Assembly (NCBI GenBank): GCA_963931495.1
Contig: OZ007020.1
Coordinates: 540,001-572,000 of the forward strand
From: an uncultured Alphaproteobacteria bacterium
GTDB taxonomy: Bacteria > Pseudomonadota > Alphaproteobacteria > Rs-D84
DNA length: 32,000 nt
Direction of reading: 5' to 3'
Made by a program: the position numbers and the translations under genes
In this document: in pieces, positions 25,565 to 32,000 of the stretch
How the letters are laid out: each line of letters opens with the position of its first letter
Position numbering within the stretch: the stretch's first letter is position 1
Notes under the pieces: model-generated
The model's database searches: none
The model's input: only the letters and a program-made list of their open reading frames with translations
What the model was told of the DNA's origin: nothing

Positions 25565-26860
25565 ATGGAATTAAAACCAACGAAAACTTTATCGGGATTC
25601 ATAGAATTATTACCGGCACAACAGCGGTGTTTTGATGAATGTGCGGCACGTATGCAACGTGTGTTAAAAACGGCCGGGTTTGCACATTTGGATTTGCCGG
25701 CAATTGAACGGGCCGAAGTTTTGACGGATAAAGATAACTGGGATGAAATAGAAACGCAAATGTTCTTGTTTCAAAAGGGTGACACTAAAATGGGGCTGCG
25801 ATATGATGGGACAGTTGGGCTGTCGCGTTATGTCGCCGGGCACATTAATGATTTGAACTTTCCGTTTCGTGCGTATCAGTTTGCGCGTAATTATCGCGGG
25901 GAACGGCCCCAGCGTGGTCGGTATCGTGAATTTTATCAGATGGATCTGGATATTATGGGAATTGATACATTGTCCGAAAATTATGATGCAGAAATTGTCG
26001 CAACCTTGGCGCGGGCATATGAATCAATTGCTGAATTTATTGGGCCGGTGAATGTGCGTATCGGTAATCGCAGGTTCTGGAATGCAATGTTTGCGTATTT
26101 GGGGATGGATGATGCGCAAAGTCGGGCGGCGTTTGTTTTGATTGATAAAAAAGACAAGATGTCTGATTTTTATGACGGATTGGTTGAAACAGTTGGACAG
26201 AAAAATGCAGATGAAATAAATAACGTTTTTTCAAATGGGTATCGGTCATTTGCCGGCGCATCAGATGCATTAGATTCGGCAATCAGTGAAATTGACAGTT
26301 TTGTGCAGATGCTGGATGCGATGGGAATTCGCAATGCACAAATTGATTTGGGAATTATGCGCGGCCATGCGTACTATACCGGCATTGTGTTTGAATTTTT
26401 CTTGGATAATTTCCCAGAATTGGGGGCGATTGGCGGCGGCGGTCGGTATGAAGATTTGACGTCTAAATTTTCCAAGACTAAAATTATCGGGGTGGGGGCC
26501 GCTGTTGGTTTTTCACGTCTGATGGTTGCATTGATGGATGATAACAAAATTGATTTGTCGCAATTCAGTCGCCCGATTCGTGCCGCTGTTTTGGTTATGG
26601 GTAATGAAAATGTTGCATATGCAATGCGGGTGTTGTCAGAACTGCGTGATGCCGGGATAACCACAGTACCGTATCTGGATGCAAATAAAAAATTCAAAAA
26701 TCAGATTGAATTTGCCGACAAGATAAAGGCAGATTACAGCATAATAATTGGTGAAAATGAAGTAAAAACAAATGTGTTGTCGGTTAAAAATATGCAGTCT
26801 GGGGACCAGATGGGTATGGATTTAGCCGATGTAAAAAAACTGTTGTGTACGGTACAATAA
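25565..26860 (+). CDS. hisS: Histidine--tRNA ligase (class IIa, with anticodon-binding domain)
   Basis: LRYDGTVGLSRYV, motif 2 FRAYQFARNYRGERPQRGRYREFYQMDLDIMG, and motif 3 GGGGRYEDL. A C-terminal alpha/beta anticodon-binding domain is present (AAVLVMGNENVAYAMRVLSELRDAGI...ADYSIIIGENE). Confidence 0.88.
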   Translation: MELKPTKTLSGFIELLPAQQRCFDECAARMQRVLKTAGFAHLDLPAIERAEVLTDKDNWDEIETQMFLFQKGDTKMGLRYDGTVGLSRYVAGHINDLNFPFRAYQFARNYRGERPQRGRYREFYQMDLDIMGIDTLSENYDAEIVATLARAYESIAEFIGPVNVRIGNRRFWNAMFAYLGMDDAQSRAAFVLIDKKDKMSDFYDGLVETVGQKNADEINNVFSNGYRSFAGASDALDSAISEIDSFVQMLDAMGIRNAQIDLGIMRGHAYYTGIVFEFFLDNFPELGAIGGGGRYEDLTSKFSKTKIIGVGAAVGFSRLMVALMDDNKIDLSQFSRPIRAAVLVMGNENVAYAMRVLSELRDAGITTVPYLDANKKFKNQIEFADKIKADYSIIIGENEVKTNVLSVKNMQSGDQMGMDLADVKKLLCTVQ

Positions 26861-26861
26861 A

Positions 26862-27926
26862 ATGATTATAGACGATAAATTAAAAGACATTCAGGCGCGT
26901 GCCACAGAAATAGAAACCCAGATGAATTCGGGTACTGTTTCAGGGGCGGAATTAACCAGGTTGTCCAAAGAATATTCGGAACTGACCAATATTTTACCGC
27001 TGGTTTCGGAATATTTCCAGGTAAAGCGCGGTATTGATGATGCAAATGAAATGCTGCACGATGCAGAATTAAAAGCAATTGCGTCAGAACAGTTGGATGA
27101 ATTAAAGCACAAATTACCAGAAATTGAAAAGCAATTGCAAATCGCGCTGTTGCCACGTGACGAAGCCGATGATAACAGTGTTATTATGGAAATTCGTGCC
27201 GGGGTTGGCGGTGAAGAATCGGCACTGTTTGCCGGCGATTTGTATAATCAATATAAATCTTATGCAATGCGACATGGGTGGAAAACCGAAGTAATTGAAG
27301 AAAATGCAACATCTTTGCATGGGTACAAGGAAATTGTGTTCAAAATTGATGGGGTGGGGGCATATGCGCGGTTAAAGTTTGAATCAGGCATTCATCGGGT
27401 TCAGCGCGTCCCAGAAACAGAAGCCAGTGGTCGTATACATACCAGTGCCGCGTCTGTGGCAGTTATGCCCGAAGCAAAAGATATTGACGTTGTCATAGAT
27501 GACAAGGATATTCGCATTGATGTTTTCCGGGCATCTGGTGCCGGGGGCCAGCATGTGAACAAAACAGACAGCGCAGTGCGTATAACGCATTTCCCAACAG
27601 GCATTGTTGTCACATGTCAAAATGAACGCAGCCAATTTCAAAACAAGGCTGCGGCAATGGCGGTTCTGCGGGCTAAATTATATGAAAAACAACGTGAAGA
27701 GCAGGTTAATGCCAGTAATTCTGCACGAAAAACAATGGTCGGTTCGGGTGACCGCAGTGAAAAAATAAGAACTTATAATTTTCCAGAACAACGTGTTACA
27801 GACCATCGTATAAAATTAACGTTGTATAAACTGGATGATATTTTGGCCGGCGGCGCAGCATTGGATGAAATGATAGATGCATTAATTGCTGCGGATCAGT
27901 TAGAACGTTTATCCAGTATGAATTAA
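26862..27926 (+). CDS. prfA: Peptide chain release factor 1
   Basis: The GGQ motif (SGAGGQHVNKTDSAVRITH) and the RF1-type P-x-T tripeptide (RVPETE) are present. Size is 354 aa. The gene starts 1 nt after the hisS stop. Confidence 0.95.
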   Translation: MIIDDKLKDIQARATEIETQMNSGTVSGAELTRLSKEYSELTNILPLVSEYFQVKRGIDDANEMLHDAELKAIASEQLDELKHKLPEIEKQLQIALLPRDEADDNSVIMEIRAGVGGEESALFAGDLYNQYKSYAMRHGWKTEVIEENATSLHGYKEIVFKIDGVGAYARLKFESGIHRVQRVPETEASGRIHTSAASVAVMPEAKDIDVVIDDKDIRIDVFRASGAGGQHVNKTDSAVRITHFPTGIVVTCQNERSQFQNKAAAMAVLRAKLYEKQREEQVNASNSARKTMVGSGDRSEKIRTYNFPEQRVTDHRIKLTLYKLDDILAGGAALDEMIDALIAADQLERLSSMN

Positions 27927-28127
27927 TTTTTTGGTTTTGTTTTGGGCGCGGGCTTTGGTCCATATGATGTGCCAAACAATTTCCGGGAAAACAGACGGTT
28001 GAAATCTGCCAGCAATATATCTGGTCACGACATGCGTTTTCGTATCTTTTATTTTCACGGACGAAACGCGTCCATGAATGGATTTGCGGCTTTATTTCAT
28101 GTGTTACGTGAACGGTATGTGGTGTTA

Positions 28128-29249
28128 TCAGAATATATATTTTATGTTAACGCCACCATTCCAACCAGTGCGCCCGCCATCATGACGATTTAAGTGCAAT
28201 GCGATGTTAAATCGGTCAATTGATTTTTCTATGCCGATGCCGTATTCGGCATAATCATCGGAAAACAATTCAGTATATTTTTCGTTGTTTACAAAAATAT
28301 CGCCATTATAGTCATATCTGAATACATATTGCAGGCCAATGTATCCAAACCATCCGGCACCAATGTGTTTAATCGCACGAATTGATGGCGCAACATCAAA
28401 TATATTAAAGTTAGAATTTGCAATATTGTCGCCAGACGCAGATATATAATCAGCCGACCCAATCCATGTGTATCCGGCATAGATGCCCGGCTGGATTGTA
28501 AATGTATCATCCAATGGTATATTGTATGTCGCATTTAACGCCGCACCAACCCATGGGGTTGAAAAACCGTCGGTGCCAAATTCACTGGATGCATGATTTG
28601 ACACTGCGCCAATGTTTGCAATAAACGACAGGTTGAAATTTTGTATATTATATCCACTGTACAGTCCAAAGTACCCACCGTTTTCGTTTATATCAATGGA
28701 TTCATTGCCTTGCTTGCCACCGAGATATCCACCATAGAATCCCCATTCAGAAATACCGATGCCCCATTGTGCTTCGCCGCCAGCGACACCGAAACTTAAT
28801 AAATCATAATTCGTATCCAGTACGTCATAGTTTGAAAATCCGACGTCTTCATCAAAATGTTGCCAATTGAACCACATGCTGTTCAAGACGGGGCGTGACG
28901 CATCGTCACCACCGCTGCGCCCGGTGTCGGGGGTATTCACAGTTCCGTCGTCACCATATTCGCCGTATAAATGCGGGCGCCCGTACATGGGCAGGGTGCC
29001 GTACATATCACGCGCGTTCCCAGATTCAGATGGCATTACGTCAGAACGGGCCATCTTGGCAATTCCGCCCAGTGTTGCGGCGGCGTTTCCTTCAAATGTG
29101 CGCATGGTATTTGTTGCGATTGAATGTTGAATCGCAGCGATGTTATTTGCCGTAATGTAATTTGCATAAATGTGTGGGGATGACGCCGACGCATCGTATG
29201 CGCACAGAACAAATAATCCAATTGCAATTAATTGTATGTTTTTTTTCAT
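28128..29249 (-). CDS. Autotransporter-type outer-membrane beta-barrel protein with a very short passenger of about 110 aa
   Basis: Signal peptide MKKNIQLIAIGLFVLCAYDASA. An aromatic- and Gly-rich amphipathic strand series follows (GGYFGLYSGYN, WVGAALNATYN, GIYAGYTWIG). The C-terminal signature is WNGGVNIKYIF. Confidence 0.8.
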   Translation of the reverse strand: MKKNIQLIAIGLFVLCAYDASASSPHIYANYITANNIAAIQHSIATNTMRTFEGNAAATLGGIAKMARSDVMPSESGNARDMYGTLPMYGRPHLYGEYGDDGTVNTPDTGRSGGDDASRPVLNSMWFNWQHFDEDVGFSNYDVLDTNYDLLSFGVAGGEAQWGIGISEWGFYGGYLGGKQGNESIDINENGGYFGLYSGYNIQNFNLSFIANIGAVSNHASSEFGTDGFSTPWVGAALNATYNIPLDDTFTIQPGIYAGYTWIGSADYISASGDNIANSNFNIFDVAPSIRAIKHIGAGWFGYIGLQYVFRYDYNGDIFVNNEKYTELFSDDYAEYGIGIEKSIDRFNIALHLNRHDGGRTGWNGGVNIKYIF

Positions 29250-29381
29250 GCAATTCCCCCGTTTTCATTATTTCTGTATAATTATAACATATTTTTTCAT
29301 ATTTCAAAATAATATTGACGCAAAATATATCGGATTTGTTTTTTATTGTATGAATGCCTGGTTTTTATTAATATGTTGGTC

Positions 29382-29954
29382 ATGAATGATAAAATTATAT
29401 TGAACAAGCCAATTGTTATGGTTGGATTGATGGGGGCGGGCAAAACAAGTGTTGGTCGTGCCTTGGCGCGTCGTATCGGAATTCCATTTGTTGATTCAGA
29501 TAAAGAAATTGAGGCGGCGGCCGGATGCAGTGTTGTTGACATATTTGCATTGTACGGCGAAAGTGAATTCAGACGCGTGGAACAACGTGTCATTGCACGT
29601 CTGATGGATACGGAACCAAAGTTAAAAGTTATATCTACGGGCGAAGGGGCGTTCATAACCCCGGCGGTGCGAAAAATGGTGTTGGACGGGGCGGTGTCGG
29701 TTTGGCTGAAAGCGGATTTAGAACTGCTTGTAAAAAGGACAAATTTTCGCAATACACGACCGCAATTGTTGCACGCGGACAGTCGTAAAATTTTGGCGCA
29801 ATTAATAGCGGAACGGTACGATATCTATAAATTGGCGAACATCACCGTGGAAACGCGCGATGAAAGTTTGCGTAAAACGTTGGACAAAGTTATGGATGCG
29901 GTATGTGCATATACTAAACAGGAGAGAGAAAAATGTCAAAATTCAAATGGTTAA
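29382..29954 (+). CDS. aroK: Shikimate kinase
   Basis: Walker A motif VMVGLMGAGKTSVGRALA, then IPFVDSDKEIE and GESEFRRVE. I chose the start at MNDKIILNKP. The 3' end overlaps the mscL start by 22 nt. Confidence 0.88.
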   Translation: MNDKIILNKPIVMVGLMGAGKTSVGRALARRIGIPFVDSDKEIEAAAGCSVVDIFALYGESEFRRVEQRVIARLMDTEPKLKVISTGEGAFITPAVRKMVLDGAVSVWLKADLELLVKRTNFRNTRPQLLHADSRKILAQLIAERYDIYKLANITVETRDESLRKTLDKVMDAVCAYTKQEREKCQNSNG

Positions 29955-30496
29955 AAGAATTCAAAACTTTTATAGATCGTGGTAACGCCATTGATATGGC
30001 GGTTGGTATTATTGTCGGCAGTGTTATGACCGGAATGGTGAATTCATTGGTCAAAGACATTATTATGCCGCCAATCGGATTGATGATTGGGGATGTTGAT
30101 TTTTCTCAATTTTTTGTCGTTTTGGCGGGTGGCGCACCAGGCGAACATTATAACACTGTGGCCGAGGCCCAGGCGGCGGGTGCTACTACTATGAATATAG
30201 GCGTTTTTTTGAATTCTGTGGTCAGTTTTTTAATCACGATGTTCGCGGTGTTTATACTGGTGCGCGCAATCAATAAAGTGCGCTCTAAACAAGCGGTTAC
30301 AACGCGTGTGTGTCCATATTGTAAATCAACGATAAATATCCAGGCAACAAAATGTCCGAACTGTTGTTCCAAATTGGTGGCGGAAGAGATCGTTCCGCCA
30401 CAGCCCAGTGACTTGGAACGCGGAATCAAAAATGCGGCAAAAATAGCCAAGGGTCAGATTAAGAAAATTGCAAAGTTGGGGCGGAAATCGCGGTGA
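29933..30496 (+). CDS. mscL: Large-conductance mechanosensitive channel MscL with a C-terminal zinc-ribbon extension
   Basis: FKTFIDRGNAIDMAVGIIVG...DIIMPPIG...FLNSVVSFLITMFAVF is canonical MscL. An extra C-terminal segment CPYCKSTINIQATKCPNCCSKL and a Lys-rich tail bring the length to 187 aa. AGGAGAGAG is the ribosome-binding site. Confidence 0.9.
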   Translation: MSKFKWLKEFKTFIDRGNAIDMAVGIIVGSVMTGMVNSLVKDIIMPPIGLMIGDVDFSQFFVVLAGGAPGEHYNTVAEAQAAGATTMNIGVFLNSVVSFLITMFAVFILVRAINKVRSKQAVTTRVCPYCKSTINIQATKCPNCCSKLVAEEIVPPQPSDLERGIKNAAKIAKGQIKKIAKLGRKSR

Positions 30497-30518
30497 TTTT
30501 ATTGATACGTACAAACGA

Positions 30519-30546
30519 AACGGCGGGAAATATCGCCGTTTTTTAT
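30519..30546 (+). terminator. Rho-independent terminator after mscL
   Basis: AACGGCG-ggaaatat-CGCCGTT followed by TTTTTAT. Confidence 0.85.
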
Positions 30547-31005
30547 TATGGCGGCCATGGTTTTTGTAAAAAAAGTGAATTTTGGCGCCCACACGGCGTC
30601 GGCGGCGTGCTGTGTGTGTGATGTGTTGCGGCAACGTTTTTTGCGCGTTGTGTGGCGGGCGGGGCGTTGGTTCGTGGTGAAATAGGGCGCCAGCCGCATT
30701 TTTTGTGGTCTGCGCCGGATGGCTGGGCGCGTGGCCGATTGTTTAATGGAAATGTGCGTAGTATGGCGGTTTATTTTATATCACGTGGTGCCGAGGTTGC
30801 GCCAAATTTTGTAAAAATTATTTTGTGTTGTTGGGGTTGCGTCACGTATTCAAGTCGTCTTTTTATTGCATAATGTTTCGTGGATAATTATGACGGTGTG
30901 TTTGGGGCGCCGTTATTCATATTTGTATGAAAGTTTTTGCGTGCGTGGCCCATAAAAATTCGGTTTCCGGGCCCGCAGGGCACACGTAATTGCGGGCATT
31001 CACAA

Positions 31006-31033
31006 AAGGCGCATAATGTATATTATGTATAGT
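31006..31033. other. dif: Candidate chromosome dimer resolution site dif (XerC arm, 6-bp core, XerD arm)
   Basis: The window reads aagGCGCATAATGTATATTATGTatAgT. E. coli dif is GGTGCGCATAATGTATATTATGTTAAAT. That gives 20 contiguous identities covering the inner XerC arm, the whole TGTATA core and the inner XerD arm, and 22 of 28 overall. The site lies in an ORF-free region. Confidence 0.8.
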
Positions 31034-32000
31034 TTTGTGTGTCGGGGGGCAAAATTGTGTATAATGTTTGATTTTATATGTGGATTGCGTAAGCATAAAT
31101 ATAAGGCGTTCCGGTAAGTGCAATATAAGTAGTTTTTGTAGATGTACGGATGTTTGTTTTCTGGTTTGGTGCGTGTTGGCGTGTCAAAGAATTTGGTGGG
31201 GTTTGAAGATTATGCGACGGTCGTGTGCGGATGAAAATATATTTATTTGGATTGGATTTGTTTGATGTGTCACGTTGTTCATGGTGTGTAAAATTTCTTT
31301 GCTGTGTTTTGTATTATTGGCGTCTGTATTATTTTTTGTTTGCTGTGACGCAGACAAGCATATAAATATATGTTGAATAAATTTTATCTGGCTGTTACGC
31401 GAGTGAAATTTATTTTATCATGGGGTTTTGGTCGGTGTTGTTTTTAATCCAATTTGTTGTGTGGTTGTGTTTGTGTTCGGCGGCACTTTTTTTTGCGAAT
31501 AAATTTTATGTGTTATAAACGTGCAAAAGCATTGATGTTATTTATCAGAATAATATATATAACAAATTGTAATTACGGATTATATTAATTATTTGTATTG
31601 TTGGTTTTTTATATGTTTTTTGCTGAAAAATACGGGCTGTTATGGTGAAAAAAATGGTTTTTGTGCCCTGCTTTTTGACCTAAAAAAAACGTAAAAATGG
31701 CGGATTTCTGCGGTTTTGGGGCGTTTTTTGTGGTTTTTGCCCTGCTTTATTGTTGATTTTATGTATAAAATATAAAAAATAATATTTTGATTATTCTGAA
31801 TTTTACACATTGTATAGTTTAGTTGGTTGGACGTGGTTGTGATTTTTGGTGTTAAATGTAGTGATGATTTGCCGGAATGCATAAAAAGGTGATAAATTAA
31901 ATAATATATAAAAATAAATAGATATTTGTGTATGTTAAAGTAAATATTTAATGTTTTTTGTCGTCATTATTTGATAAAAATTTGATTTTGTATGTGGGTT

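Noticed and set aside
25565-26860. Whether the HisRS-like gene is the regulatory paralogue HisZ, given its LRYDGTV-type motif
   Set aside because: A complete C-terminal anticodon-binding domain and intact motif 2 and motif 3 are present, and the 431-aa length fits HisS. HisZ lacks the anticodon-binding domain.
27942-28193. An 83-aa ORF after prfA
   Set aside because: It has no ribosome-binding site and an odd composition. It overlaps the 3' end of the convergent autotransporter-barrel gene, so it is more likely intergenic or antisense sequence.
30550-32000. Replication origin hypothesis for the ORF-free AT-rich tail (a DnaA-box-like TTATCCAC on the minus strand at 30880-30887 and CAATCCACA at about 31075)
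   Set aside because: There is only one good box and no cluster. Upstream genes point toward the region rather than away from it, and a strong dif match lies inside it. All of this fits a terminus, not an origin. A further isolated TTATCCACG at about 5148 lies inside an ORF and is likewise discounted.

Overview
This looks like a chromosomal segment from a Gram-negative bacterium. The evidence is beta-barrel outer-membrane proteins ending in a C-terminal Phe, an autotransporter-type barrel and a lipobox lipoprotein. The gene set (dus, rodZ-like, ftsB-like, hisS-prfA) suggests a proteobacterium, possibly an alphaproteobacterium, but that is inference. Well-supported housekeeping genes are rfbD/rfbC, tspO, ftsB-like, dus, rodZ-like, uvrA, rlmE, rnhA, tkt, an M48 peptidase, hisS, prfA, aroK, mscL, tRNA-Pro(UGG) and tRNA-Arg(UCU). 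Between them sit accessory or unusual loci. (1) A 5'-truncated giant exported protein has perfect 180-bp higher-order coding repeats. It is followed by an out-of-frame overlapping membrane-protein/lipoprotein pair arranged like phage spanins. (2) A two-gene operon next to tRNA-Pro encodes a protein with a PARP/Tpt1-like ADP-ribosyltransferase motif pattern and a TraB/TIKI-like protein. (3) A free-standing SRP54 (Ffh) M-domain paralogue is translationally coupled to two paralogous 91/92-aa proteins and rlmE. (4) A 1004-aa internally duplicated protein carries eighteen 30-aa repeats. (5) A 28-bp site closely matches the XerCD dif site and lies in a 1.45-kb ORF-free, G+T-skewed tail, which places the window at the replication terminus. 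No CRISPR array, rRNA gene or transposase was found. All functional calls come from reading motifs by eye and need profile or structure searches to confirm.
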